In this document: positions 36,501 through 50,150 of the stretch, piece by piece
How positions within the stretch are numbered: the first letter of the stretch is position 1
Layout of the letters: every line of letters starts with the position of its first letter
Assembly (NCBI GenBank): GCA_036172245.1
Contig: JAYWIR010000021.1
Location: 3,224,001-3,288,000, forward strand
Reading direction: 5' to 3'
DNA length: 64,000 bases
Source of the DNA: Raillietiella orientalis
Lineage: Eukaryota
The notes under the pieces: generated by a model
Told to the model about the DNA's origin: nothing
What the model saw: the letters and a program-made list of their open reading frames with translations, nothing else
Database searches by the model: none
Translations under genes and position numbers: made by a program

Positions 36501-39500
36501 TGCTACTCGTAGCTTTCGACCTGTGAAACATGGAATGGTTCTTCTTCCTTCGTGTAGATCAGTGGTTCGAAGACAAAACAGCAATGGAGATGTAGACCAT
36601 TATTTCCGTAAGATGGGAAAGAGGGAAACTGGCAATACGGTGAAGACTTCAAATTCCTCTATTATAGATGGCATTAAAAAAAAAAAAAAAAAGCAGCAGA
36701 AACACCATAGAATTTGAAATGATTCCAAAATGTGGTTTCAAAAGAAAAAGTTTTTTAAGATGCCATTCTCAAGCGTTTCCTTCCGACCACCTCATACGAA
36801 CACAAAATGGATGCAGCAGAAATGGAAATTTCTGCAAGTAAAGCAAAAGATCAAAAAATGATCGTTTATCTTCAAAAAAACTTTCAAACCACGGGACATT
36901 CATCGGAGTCGAATAACTATCAGCAATAATTTTCATTATCCTGGATATCAATTGAAACCTGATTCGGCAACGAAGTTTCCCATGAATATTGAGAATTCTC
37001 GAGAAAAAGGTCTGTTTGTCAAATGACAGGCCCTCGAGCGAGAATCCGACACTTGGGAAATGAAATTTGACCCACACATCGCTCGACTTGAAGTTTACAA
37101 CAAATCAATTATTCGGGCATTGAAACTTTTCATTGGCCTAAAATACAAAGTGTGAAATATGAGATCCCATTAAAGAATGTGATAATCTGATTGTGCCATA
37201 AGGAAATGAACCGGAAGAAAAAGAAAAACCTTTGGAAACTTCTCTTAAAACCCCGTCTGCTTGCTTGTGCTCCCATCACCATCCATCGAACTGACATCAA
37301 AAGCAATAAATAATTATTGAAATCCAGAATTATCTATGATTACTTCCAAAATTAGGAGGAAAATGGCGTCGTGACTGTTGCAGACAAATGCAAACAGTTG
37401 AAGAATGTCGCTTTAAAGTGCGAACTGAACTGAAAAATTTGAAGAAGAAGGAGAAAAAAAAGAAAAATCTCACTCAACTGCGCATTGAAGACTTTCTGTC
37501 TGGGCTGAAAGAGTGACACTGGTAAAATGAGCCTCCAATTTTGCCAAATGTTCCTTCCTTCCGACTTTCAGAACGATTCCTTCACGATCGCTCTTATGAC
37601 TTTCGTAAGTTTCATGAGTGTTTGGTACGAAGACCTGTCGTATGCATGTACCTACCCGTACGCACCTTCAAATCGTATGGGACTGTTGACAAACCGCCTC
37701 GTACATCGCTTTGTGTGTATATGTATTCCAGCTCAGATGAGGAAGGAAGGTTCGGTTCTGGAACTGATCGCCACAGAAAGGAACTTCGATGCATATTTTT
37801 ATCTGCTCGTTCGCAAAAATGCCCAATTCTCCACCGAGGGTGCCAATTTTTTCGTTCAAATATGCGTCAACGAAAGCAGAAAGACGTACCGGGAGCACAG
37901 TCTTGCCGAACCCGTTTTGGGGTTGGCTGCACAGAGGCAGTCATCCTGCTTCCTCTGCTCCAGTACACTAACCAGGAACATCCTGATGTCCCAAATCATA
38001 AGTGATGTATGCGCAAATCTTCTCTGGTAGTTTTTTCTTTTTTTTTTTTACACATTTTATTGAAGAGCGCGGGAAATCACCTGGTAACTCCTCTTGCAAA
38101 TATTCCAACAAGCCACCTCCTTCCCATAGTGGGGTTCATCATGCGCGAAGAAAGATTGTATACGTACGGAAAAGACGGAATAATTCAGTTCTGGAAGATG
38201 GAAAACGTTCGGGGAGATCATCTGAAGCTGACGCCACAGCGAACTATTGCTCTCTGTGACCCTTTTAAACAGGGAGTGGTCGCAGCATACGTACAACGAA
38301 ATGGAAAGTGGATTCTCTCCTTGGGAGGAGACAGCACACTGACGTGCTACACCTTGAGGTAAGATATGCCACTTTCCCCCAGATCGAGTGAAATGCGGTT
38401 TAAACGTGTTTCGATAATCGGTTGTCTGAATAGCCCAGATGACGTGGTACTGAATACTGAAGAAGGAATGGTTCTTTTATCTTCTTGTTTTCAAAAAGAA
38501 GAACTCGAGTGCTTACGGAACACAGAAGATACTTCAGGTACACCGATACGCATCCGATGGCAGAGACGAAATAAAACACCTGCGATGTATCCCACCAGGA
38601 GTCGAGGGTGTTACTACTAAGAACGAATGCTCTTTGCCTTTCAGACTGGAGTAACAGCCAACCAACCTATAAAGAACATTTGAAGAAAGTAAGAGACCTG
38701 GAAGACGAACAAAAATTTATGCCTACGAAACAAATGATGCTCGGGAAGATTTCGGAACTGTCGAAAAAGGTGCGGTAGAATGCGTGGGTGTAATCAAACC
38801 TCAGCGACCATCGCTGAAGCAAACCTCCTTGGGCAGAGCGTTTGGCGTCGCTGCCGACAGCAACGGTCGAGAATTTCGTTCGGTGAATTGAAGACTTGGG
38901 TCAAAGTTGGCCATCCATTCCAACACTTTCCCAAGTCTTCGATTACAGCTTCTTTCCAACCGACAAGCGTTTCGTGAAGATAAAGAGGGAACCACGAACG
39001 AACTAAAATGGTGCGAAACGAAAGATAAGCACGGGGGGGGGGGGGAACTACTGAAAACTTATAAAAACAAACCGGTAATTTTTCGCACAGAACGCTTTCA
39101 AAAAATCTCCCATAAAAATTAAGAATTTCCTTTGGATTCTAATTTTCAAGTTATCTTTTGTTCGATTTTTAGATTGATTTTAAATTGAACGATATGCATT
39201 TTTTTTTTTTGTCAATCTTTATCTGAAATGGAACGCAGTCCTCATAGATGGAGTTGCTTCTATTTCATCATGCTATCCATCAATGATCAAATATCTATAC
39301 GCGATAAATCCATTACTGATCAAAAGTTGCACGTTTATGAATAATTGACAACTAACGAATTCATTAATGATGGAATGCGTCGAAATATGGAATCGCGGGC
39401 TATGTATTAGCGAACGAATTCATTTGCACGGCAAACTAAGGACAGGAAAAATCCTTAATTCATTTATTACTTTTCCCGGAGGTATTAAGAAATTTACAAA

Positions 39501-42500
39501 TTCTCAGAATGCGCGATCCAATGTTTCCGTTAAAGGAAGACAAATACGTAAATAAACTGCTGATTCACGGAAACAAAACAGAAACATTACCACTACTTGC
39601 ACATTCATAATCCATTAGGATAAACATCAAAAACTTCAAACAGCCTTACGTATTATCCTGACGTTCTCATTTGCAAGTTACAATCCCAAATTACAATTTT
39701 CATACTGTTAGGTATTCTCAGATAGTGCCCATTACTACTACGCGAGAATTGTTTTTGTTCCACTGAGAGAAATTGACGAAGAAGTAAATAAACCGCCGTG
39801 CAGGTTGTGGTAGTGCTCCTTATCGGATGATTTCGAATTTTTCAGGCCTCTGAGTTGATGGACGCCAATGAAAGGGTGAGGGCTTCATTCCGATTAGATA
39901 CTGAAGAATTCGAGCTGGACGTAGAAGAGCACGAAAGGCTGTGGGCTGAAGAGATGCGCCAAGCCGACCTGTCGAGAAAGGAAACCGTCTGCCAAAATCT
40001 CAAACTCGCAGAACTTAAAGCTAAGTTCAAAAAGGTGTTTTGGGATAACATGGAGGTACAAGGAAGAGCTGTGAAAGTACGGTTTTACTTTTCCCACGTT
40101 TCTGTTGGAGTGGTAATCCCCTTTAAAAAGGCACTGAAAAAAAATATCACGGTGTGGAACTACCCAATGAAATCTCGAAGCGTCGATGAAATGAACTGTC
40201 TCGAAACTGTCGAGGGATTCAGGTTGCACGAAATCCAAGCTCAGGCGAACACAAAGTCCACAAAATATTGGCATAGGTAACGAACGCACAACGTTCAGTG
40301 TACGAATGCGATTCGAATTGCCGGTGGAAAAAAAAAAAAAAAAAAAAAAAAAATATGCACGTTCGTCTTTGCCCTCCGGCAAAAAAGGGCGATTTCAGGC
40401 CTGGAGACGGCGAAGACACGGCAAGAGCAGAACCTCTGGCTCACCTGGGGAGCATCAGACACCGCTTCGAAGTGGATTCGACTTTGCTGTACTCCCAGTT
40501 TGAGCTTTTTGATGAAGATCAACGGTGCATGCAGATTAAGCTTTTGGAGGTATGCCTCGCAGATACAGGACCCGCGATCGGAGTGTGATGTAAAGGTTCA
40601 TGGAGTGCTTTGACTGAGGTCACCTGAGACTGACCAGGAAATCCAAATGCCCTTGAATGTCACAAACTCTAAACGAATCCATGCGTGTATCGTGTCGACG
40701 CCCGAGTCTGCTTTAACGCCGAAAATCCGGAACTCACAGATCAGAATTGTTTCCGTGTTTTCAAAGAATACCGATCTGTACTTCTTCTTCTTCTCCTTCT
40801 TGTGTTTTGAGACAGCCGTTTTGATTTTGCATATGCTTCTGATTTGAATTTTCACGAGGATTTTCGATGATTCCCTATAACCGAGAAAGGTTTTTTAAAA
40901 TGCCCATCTTTCACCTTTGCATCAACAAACAGCAGCACAGATCGGTCGTGAAGACTTCGGGAGTCTGTGACCTCGAGAACACACGGATGCTTCCGCCTAT
41001 GACCATTATCGTGAACTTTCTAGTTGCTAAAGGCATGTTTTAAAACCGTTTCGCAAACCACACATAGGGGATATACCTGACTGGACAAACTCTTTCCTAA
41101 ACGATATCCAAGATTAGCCAGCTAATTACGATATAAAATGGGTATTCCCTTATTTCATATTTACTTGCTTCTTGTGAAGACACAATGCCTTTCTTTTCTT
41201 TTCTTTTTTTTTTTTTACTAGTTATAAGAGAAAGTTCGGATATTTCTTACCGTATCCACAAACACACACACACAAAAACTGCACGCAGTCTTTTCCAAAA
41301 TTTCATTGAAAACCTAAACTAACGTTTGCACTTCGTAGAACTTATGCAATCAAAGGAACACATAGTGCATGATGTACACCTTATCGACTTTACAAACGAT
41401 GATTTATACACATCAGAGGCATTATTTTTTGTAACTTTAATGGTATTAATGAATGGCATTGCAAGTATACCTTTTGGCTCTATCCATAAGTATTGAACAC
41501 TGTTGCAGACGGGAATTCGGAACATAATGCTTTACTTCAATAAGAAATTTGAGGAAGCGTTCGAACAAAAGGAGTCTGTAATGGAATTAATAGCAAGGAA
41601 AAAAAAAAGAATAGCTCACTTGATGGAAGTTTTGGATTTGCCCGCTACCGACACCTCGGTATATTCTCTGCATATTGAAGAAGAACCCGAAGAGCTTTTC
41701 GAAACGAGCGATGAAGTATACCGATCTAAAAGAACGTGACCATATTTCAAAACAAACAAATCTTTTTAGGTTCTTGTCTATAAATTGGAGTCGCGCTTCA
41801 GAGCTGCAGAGAAAGACACGGAGGAAATCAAATTCGGAGTGCAAGGAAGGAGTAAAGCAGAGACAGACTTCCGCGAGAGACTACTTATGAGGATGATGGG
41901 AGGAGTCTTAGAAACAAGTCCAGAAGATATTCTATTGAAGCAATTACCCCTTCCGAATTTCATGGTTATTCCTGCAATGAGTTAAAAACTGGACTGTAAT
42001 TGTAATCGCCTCAGATAATGAAGGATTCCCAAGAATGGACTGACGAAGAAAAACAGCATGCAGTCGTATACGAAACGTCCGTACAGCAGTTGGTACAGCA
42101 AAAACAGACAGTAAGAATGAAACTGGAGGCAGAGCTGGTCGATTTGCAAAAGGAAGTGAGCGTAAGTAATCTAAGCTCAAATTATGACACTGTGACTCAG
42201 TCCCGGTGGATGCAGCGAGACAGAGTTTTTGTTACACTTAAGATAGCGACACGATTCCACTTGGGAATGTCTCGAACATTCGAATGTAACAGAGTATAAA
42301 ACTGCTTCCGAGCGTCAGGACCACCTTGTTTTTCATGTGTTTCCAACACACGAAAAACAATTTAGCAAGATTTGACTTGCTAAATTCGTAATGACGCATG
42401 GCTTCCTCCATATGTGGCAATACTGATTGCTCAGACTTAAACGTACCGGTCGGCTGCCAGTTTTCTGAATTAGTTGAGGCATGTTAATCAGCTTTCCAAG

Positions 42501-45286
42501 CATAATAAACAAAGATGAAACAAGTAACTCATTATTCATCTATGATGACCCGCAATATATAGCCCTTGCGAAAAAAACCTCTATGGATTTAAACAGCACA
42601 GGAAAAAAAACACGAGCTCTCCATATAAGTCTTTCCTTTTAGTTTCTCGTTTTAATCACAGGGAAATGAATTCCCAATAAAGTACGTGTACTTCTGGATT
42701 TCCCCATGAAAGTGTTTTTTTTTTTTTTTTCATACTTTTGTTCAGCAATTCTGTGCCAGAGGAAAAACATCCTGTAATCAGTCCACTATAACTTTGAGTT
42801 TAAACATGGAAACCAACTCTGTTTCTGTTACTTTCAAATTTTTTAATGCCCTACATCACCATCAGAGCACATGCCTTTTTAGCATACGCTTTTTTTTTTT
42901 TTTTTACTGTGTATAACTCGAATATGGAACAAAATAGAACAAGAGAAATTGATGCACATTCTCGGAATCTGAGCATTTGTGGTTCAAACCGATTGCAATT
43001 GCTTTGGAGAAAATAATGAGCACAGTTAGAAAAATCAGTCATTCGTACAGCTGAGTAATGAGCGCTGGAATCTTGTTCGTGTTCTCGCTTTGTGGTAAGA
43101 TTTTGGATTGAAAATCATTATTAAGTAATAAATCTAACAAAAATTTCTAAAGTTGAAGCGTCCATCGTATTTACTGAAAACGTATCGTAACCGGAAGAGT
43201 TTGTTTAAAAGTGATACTAATTTATCCTATATTGCTACACTAAAAAGTACTTCCTCTGAATATTCATCAAAGCCAACCATCAAAATGTATCTCTGTTCCA
43301 ACGAAAACAAAAATTGCGTTACGTTTGAATTTGTGACTTTTGGCATCCGTGCCATGAACACAGCAAACCGTTGCAAACCACTGCTGCGTCCACTGAGGTT
43401 ACCCCAAAGTAGTAAAAGACCAAAGAAACATCTCGATTTCGAAGCTCCTCCCAACTGCAAATTACTGTTATTACGATTATTCAGGCATCCCCTGAAGCTC
43501 GAAGGCGTATGAAACACCTTTATTATGACTCGTTAAAAACTTCTCCTACTGAATAATGCGAATTCAGGAAATGATCGACCAATTTGATGAGAACATCGAA
43601 AGACTGTACCAAAGCAAACTACAGAGCGAATACGCTGTGAAACAGGATGAAATGCTCATATTACTAATTTCCAAGAGAGACATTAAAATCAAAAGATTAC
43701 ATGAAGAACTGCAGAGCATACAGTGAGTCTGCAGAAGGCAATTTTTTCCCTTTTCATTTGCCAATGAATCAGGGAAGAAACGAAAACGTTGGCGGAGAGG
43801 AAAAAATTGGGGGCCCGGCTCCGTGAGGAGCGACTAGCTAACTTGAAACTATGCTCAGATGCATACGAGACTCACCTTTCAGAAGACAAGCATATGGATC
43901 GCAACTTTCGTCGAGAATTCGGAAAAGCTGGCCACCACGTTGACGAACTTTACCGTCTGTACAAGTAAGAAATTCGCATCCTAGGGCACCAAACACTGTC
44001 CTCAGGAAGAGGCCTGCAGCTCTGCCTCCTACGAGTTACGATTTTTCCAGCAAATTAGCTGTCAATGAATGCACAGATGATAAGAACAAAATTTTGGAAT
44101 ACGAGCGCAACATGCTGGTTCGTATGACATTCTATACATGAATATAGTAACACTTTTGTTTACTTAGGAACTGGACAATCCTCAGAACCGTCCACAAGGC
44201 ATGGACTTGGAATTGTGGATGGAATTTTGCACAGCTCGCAGGTTAAAAATAGAAAAAGAATTCAATGTAAGCACTCAAGACCCAAAACGCACATTTGTTT
44301 TTTTGTTTTGGGTTGAATAGATGAAAAAGCTACTGAATGAATGTCGAAATGCTCAGAATGAAGAACAAACATTCATATCGAAATACGAGATACTGGAAAG
44401 AAAACTTGACAATTTGAATGAACAATCACAGAATCTTCACAACTGCTGGCTGAAGTACGTGTTACATGCTTACTGGTTAAATGACTGTGAATTGGCAGCT
44501 GTATCCATGATCTACCTATTCAGCTAATTTTGAAATGTGAACAAGTAGAAGTGGCAACAAAAGATCACACTTATTTATTTGATGACTGCATCTTAATAGA
44601 TAAGACAATAGTAGCTGACCTAAACAATACCATCATTAATTTAGGAAGGCAAAAACTCAGGATCATGAATAAATGCAGGGAATTCAGAAAAGGCATACTC
44701 CAGTTGGAATGGAATCACAAAAGTTACCTCATGCAAATCCATGATCTGTTATATAAACTTCGTGAAATTGAGCTATATCGAGTGAGTAAACCAAAAAAAC
44801 CACGCTTACTTTAATAAGAAAATATTAGGTAACTAAAGAGGTGCAAGATTATTTGCAATCTGATGCAGCAACCTATACAAAAAAGCTGGAAGCTTTCCAA
44901 AATGCACATGACTTTGAAGAACAGTTTCATCTGCAACTGAGGGAAAAAACGCAATTCAAAGTAAGACAATACTTTCAAATAATATACTTGATCCTATGTA
45001 GTTTCAACAATTGGAAAACAAAGTCAGCACATGTAGGCACTCCATTCACATACTAGATGCAAAAATTGCAAAGATTCAGGCAGAAATACTGGAGAAAAAA
45101 CACCTTGTAGAGATGATGTGCACAGTTGACAGAACAAAAGTGAAGCAAAATCGACTCCAAATTATCAGAAAACATAAAAAACTGAAAGATGAAGTGGCTA
45201 TACAAAAAAGTAACCTGCGCATGTTAGAGCTGGAACTGGAACGACTGAATTTACGCACATATCCTACTTTAGAAGCACCTCACTGA
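27549..45286 (+). CDS. CFAP43: Cilia- and flagella-associated protein 43 (WDR96), multi-exon; first exon not resolved
   Basis: Phase-compatible exons include 27549-27759 (WCAGKHVKSVTFVGHETIALLIGKVIYFIDV), 30751-31072 (KPNIFIHRYPSMEMLSVLKG), 31137- (SGIPDFLLTVWNW), then HCW, AVGDEFGFV, GKWILSLGGDSTL and FWDNMEVQGRAVK exons, 44524- (QVEV..DCILIDKTIVADLNNTI..ILQLEWNHK) and a terminal LERLNLRTYPTL. N-terminal WD40 plus C-terminal coiled coil matches CFAP43. Confidence 0.92.
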
Positions 45287-45288
45287 TC

Positions 45289-45294
45289 AATAAA
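45289..45294 (+). promoter_or_regulatory. Candidate polyadenylation signal of CFAP43
   Basis: AATAAA 2 nt after the TGA stop. Confidence 0.55.
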
Positions 45295-45300
45295 AAATTT

Positions 45301-46827
45301 TCAACTTTTGGTAGCACTATTATTGAGGAATGGATTACAAACTCGCTTCATATGGAAACATTTCAATAAATCCTCAAATCCCAGAGGCTTTCTGACAAAA
45401 TAATTTGTGATGCAATTGCGTTTCTTACTTGGAGGTCCAGCAACCACAGAATCATTGACAGGCCTGAAATGCAGTATGTAACATAAGAAAGCAAGGAACA
45501 AAAGCATACCAAGAAACCTTAGCAGCATGACTTTCAAGAAAATCTTCAGCAGTTGACCATGTAAATCTGACTACTTGAGGAAAACCAAAGACGAAATCCA
45601 CACTGCTGGTAAGAAACCGCTTAGTCACAGGATCTGAAGAATAAATGGAAGATGCTGCCTTGTGGCAGTTACTTACCACTGGGGTATCCAGAACCAAACG
45701 GATGGTGAGCAATGCTATTTTCACAATACTGCCAGTTTTGCAAACAGCGATCTCGAATTACTTTGGCACATATGCTGGCTGCACTGACAATTGGATACAG
45801 AGCATCTGCCTTTTGGCTGACGACAACATCAACTGAAGGAAAAAGTTTCCGGAGTTTCTCCTATAGTCTCAATTCTTACAGAACACATGTATCATTTTTG
45901 GCTTACTTGATATTTCTCTGCGATGCCTACTGTATCTACAAATACTTTTTTCACTTGAACCTTGTTGTCAAGCGCCCACTGTATAAGAGCAATAGCTGAA
46001 TTGTGTGAAATTTCATTGAGATTACATTTACATCTAAGCAGGAGAAAACTGGTGTTGGATTCTTCTATTAATGGAATTACCTGTTACTCATGGCTTTGGA
46101 TATAACATTAGGACTAATGATTTCAACTCTCCATGCAAAGACACCAGAATTGTCATTAATTTTTTGAAATAAAGTATTTCTTTGATCTTCTGTTAATTGT
46201 TTTGAATCATCACATCCCATTATCTTTAACTTCTCTTCGGCACTTACAGGGCAAAAGCATACACTATAGACCATTGGACCTAAATAAACACAGTTAACAT
46301 AAACACAGATGATTTGAAAGTTCCGCTCAAAAAAATCTAATTTCTGTCTATAACCCTACAGATATTGATGTAGAAAATCTCAGGCCAATATGCAACATAC
46401 ACTTGCGAATTACGTTTGCAAAATTCAGATATTAAATGTTTGCAGCATTTAATATCTGAATTTCCAATTCACGCTGCGACCGTTAACTCGATGAAAACAT
46501 GACTATCAATGGGCTGAGTATGATTTTTAAATTCTACTCCTGTCCATTAAATGTGAATATATACAACGAATTATATTGTTTGCTGTGTAACATTTAAAGA
46601 AAAAGGAACAACAAACGGACAATCATGTAGGTCACTAAGTAAAGATAAAACAATACTGCTACTCGAAACATACCTAACACGGGGCCTCTTCCAGCCTCAT
46701 CAATGCCTAATACACATGCATTTGAGAAACATGAATCCGGTATGGCTGAATTGACAAACTTATTTTCGAAATTTCGTTTCTGATATGCAAACAACTCCCT
46801 ATCCACCCAATCCATAGTACCTAACAT
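45301..46827 (-). CDS. RNASEH2A: Ribonuclease H2 catalytic subunit A, 6 exons
   Basis: [91 protein letters not shown] introns keep the frame. Confidence 0.97.
46421..46463. repeat. 18-bp perfect inverted repeat (7-nt loop) in RNASEH2A intron 1
   Basis: aaattcagatattaaatg ... catttaatatctgaattt. Confidence 0.9.
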
Positions 46828-46989
46828 TTAACCACAGTTCACCGAATATTTATGCACAGTTCACATACAATGTTGCACTATTTGCAGTTATAATAAAAAA
46901 AATGCTTTGGTGCACGAACAACTAGTAATTTTCCTGGAATTTGATAACATTCTGGCTTAAGTAAATTTGCACACATCGTGCTGTTGCTT

Positions 46990-47820
46990 TCCCTATGCAC
47001 GAAACCACGGGGCGCGCGCACCGCCAACTCGGAGAGCACCGACGCTCCAAGGATTGGCAAAACTTCGTGTTCCCTTTTTTGAAGGTGCTCGCATAAAACC
47101 AAAAGACAACTGGGTCTCAGATCCTTGGACCTATTTTGAAGAGTCTCATCGTTTAGCTGATGCATAAGAAATTCTAGTAATCAGAAAATTAATTTGCTGG
47201 AGAAGAAGAGTCCTACACTGCACGCAAGTTTTGGTACAAGGAAGCACATAGAAAGAGTAACAGTCCCAAAACGTTTATGAGAACACGAAGCTCTCTATAC
47301 AAGCCCGTGTTACTTTAGCATGACTATAAAATGCTAGGAAATAGATGCACACGTTCCACATGCCGTGCTACAATGTTTCGCGAAAGCATGTCATCTGCGA
47401 CTGCAACTTCTGAATTTTGTAAGAATAGCACACAGAATAGCTAACAGCATTGAAATGATTGAAATCTTTGGCTTCGAAGCGGCGAGGGACATCCACAGTG
47501 ATAACTCGCACTTCTTTTTGCACCTGATCCGAGTAGGGAGCCGACTGGTTGCGGTCCTCCCAGGATTCCAGATCCCAGCTCTTCTGGAAGTCTTTCGGAT
47601 ACGACAAGGCAGCTGCCTGCCGCTCTCATCCCGTCGTGCCTCAGAGAGATCAGAGGTTGGCTCGGATGCAGTGATGCACGATGTTTGAGAACAGTTCTTC
47701 GCACAACACATCCTTCATATCTGCGTCGTTTCTGGTGGGCACCGCTCGTGCGCTCATGAAGCAGTAGGGTAGTCCTACGTTCTGTCCACTGAAGACATCC
47801 GTGATGCAGCCCTACACACG
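46990..47820 (+). mobile_element. Decayed LINE RT relic
   Basis: CFAKA...IFGF...VLPGFQIPALLEVFRIRQGSCLPLS follows the order D..KAFD / GF / NG / GIRQG.PLS. Confidence 0.55.
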
Positions 47821-48025
47821 ACATTACCGTCCCTCTAGCGAGGTGAGCATTTTTTTTTTTTATCAGGACAGCCAAGAGAGATATTTTCCAGTCCAATGTT
47901 GTCGGCATAAATAAGGAATTAGGGTACACGAAAAGGTTAAGTGTTGCTTTTCATTCGGATTTGTCGGAACATTCATTATAAAAATAGTAAATTTAGGTTT
48001 CTAACGTGCAGAACACTTGGTTTAA

Positions 48026-48950
48026 TCACGTACAGAAACAACCACATTTCATCCCCACCTGCCACTCGGGATCCCATGCGGCCACATGGGGTTTGGGCAA
48101 AAACAGAACGAAAATAAAGAAACAAACGTTTATTGAGGGATCGGGGCATCGTTCATCCCCTGGAGGATGCTGGCAAGTTGGCATTTGCCTTTTCCCACGT
48201 GCGGTCCATCTCGCGGCGATCCTCAAGAAGAGTTCCGACCCATGGATGGCACCTCCTTCGTGTTGGTCCCTTCTAGTGACGTTCCATGCCACCACTGTCC
48301 CTCGCATGTGGCAAAGAGTTGCTACGCACGCAGCTCTTGGCAGTGCTTCACGCACGAAGAGGAGCTTGGAAAGGTCTCTGGGATGGCTCCCTGAGATCCG
48401 AAGGGCCGTTGCAAAACGTTTGCAGAGGGGTCGGAGGGCAGCACAGTCAAGGAGCAGGTGCGGAAGGGTGTCCCCCTTCCCCGCACCTGCCTCACGCCGC
48501 ACCAACACTCCCCAGAGTCCATTGTCGGAGGCGCGCTTTGCATGGGGTTCCCCCGATGCAGCAGCCGCAAAGCAGCAACGCCGGTTGCTGACACTTCAGG
48601 CAAAGGGTATGGTTGTCTTGCAGCACTGGAGGCCACATCAGGGATTCTCGGGAAATGCCCAGCAGCTTGCCCCGGCGGAGAAGTGCTTTGGGTGGGAAGT
48701 CGGGGTCGCAGCGTCCTCCAGTTTCCGAGTTGTCCCCACTCCCAGAAGTTTCATTCATACTGCAACGCAACACGGACCTCCCACCTCGCTGAAAGGTCGC
48801 TGTCCTCTTCTTTCTTTAGGGAGGGCAGCACTTGGACAAGGTGGGTAGACGGAGTCCACTGCATCTTGCGCGAGTTGGCCACGATCTCCTGCAAAGACTT
48901 ACGAGCGTTTCCGTCTGGTCACAGACAGCCGTCTTCCGCGTTGTTTCCGT
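48026..48950 (-). mobile_element. 5'-truncated LINE 3' end, same family as 21621-22261
   Basis: DTLPHLLLDCAALRPLCKRFATALRISGSHPRDLSKLLFVREAL aligns with ESLPHLLVDCVALRPLWFRFAAAIGIPCGNPRDALKALFVAEAL. Confidence 0.85.
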
Positions 48951-50150
48951 TATTGTTGTTGAGAAATTGACTTCAAAGATACTTTTGGACTTAAAAGAAA
49001 ACTGCATTGCTTTGAGCATTGGCTTTCAAGCAATTATGCCGCTTCAACAGACATTTTAGTACAATAAAATAATTAAAAAATTGACAATATGTCATTACTG
49101 GAGTCTAGTCATCATAATCCCATTCAAAATAAAAGGTTTCCTAGGTGCTTGTTATCAAGTATAGCATTACTATTTTGGCAGTGGACAGGATTACATGAAT
49201 GTAATTTCCCAGGAAATTTTTCTGGAATGTTGAAAATATTTGTCTTTGTTAAGAGTTCCAATCTGACCAATGAGACCCTCAAACAGCCTGTCTTATTTTA
49301 AGAGTTATATAATTGCTATGTAAGTTCAACGTGTTTTTGGAGACCAAATAGCAGAAAGAGTGGTACAAACGTTAATTCTTTCTCTTTTTTCTTTCCTTTC
49401 CTTGTTTCTTCTTTCTAATCTTCTAAAATTTGACTGTTTCATACTGGAGTGGCTGAGGATTTCCATCAAGATGGACATGTTAAGATTTTTGATGATGCTA
49501 GCATTTTTGCAATGTAGTTTTAGAAGACCTATTAAAAGTTTGAAGATGGGTCGAAAATATGTAAAGATAAAATGTTTTGATTTACTACACGATCTTAGGA
49601 TCTTAGTGATCTTATTCGAAAACTTAAATAGAAACTATGTTTTCTTCAGAATTTCATCACAGTTTTCAGTAACAATGTTCGTAAAAGTGTTTTTTTTTTT
49701 TTATAACATACATTTCTGATGTCTAAATTAAAGAATTTGTGTCTCGAAATCTCAACACTGAATATCAACACTTTCTTTGCATTCGAAGCAACATGATGTA
49801 CCTGTCCCATATATTTAAGAACCTTAAGAATAAAAGTACGTTGAGTAAAAAAATATGCCAACGCCGTCATAAATCATTAGTTTATGGAAGTATACGGTGT
49901 AACCATGCATCTTCGGCAATTCGCAAGTGGTCGTCCCATGCTTTCTTGGTTCTCAGTTAGCGTATTATCAATTACAGTGGAACTTTCAAAATTGGGCATT
50001 TTACATTTTTAAACAAAATGATGGCCATTAAAGAACAATATAGGTGATTCCTTGAAAAATGATATCGTCTCATGCACACTTACCATATGCGTATATCTAT
50101 TTACAATACGCAGTAAGCAAATTGGAATCCATACAGATTTCTCTTAGCTA

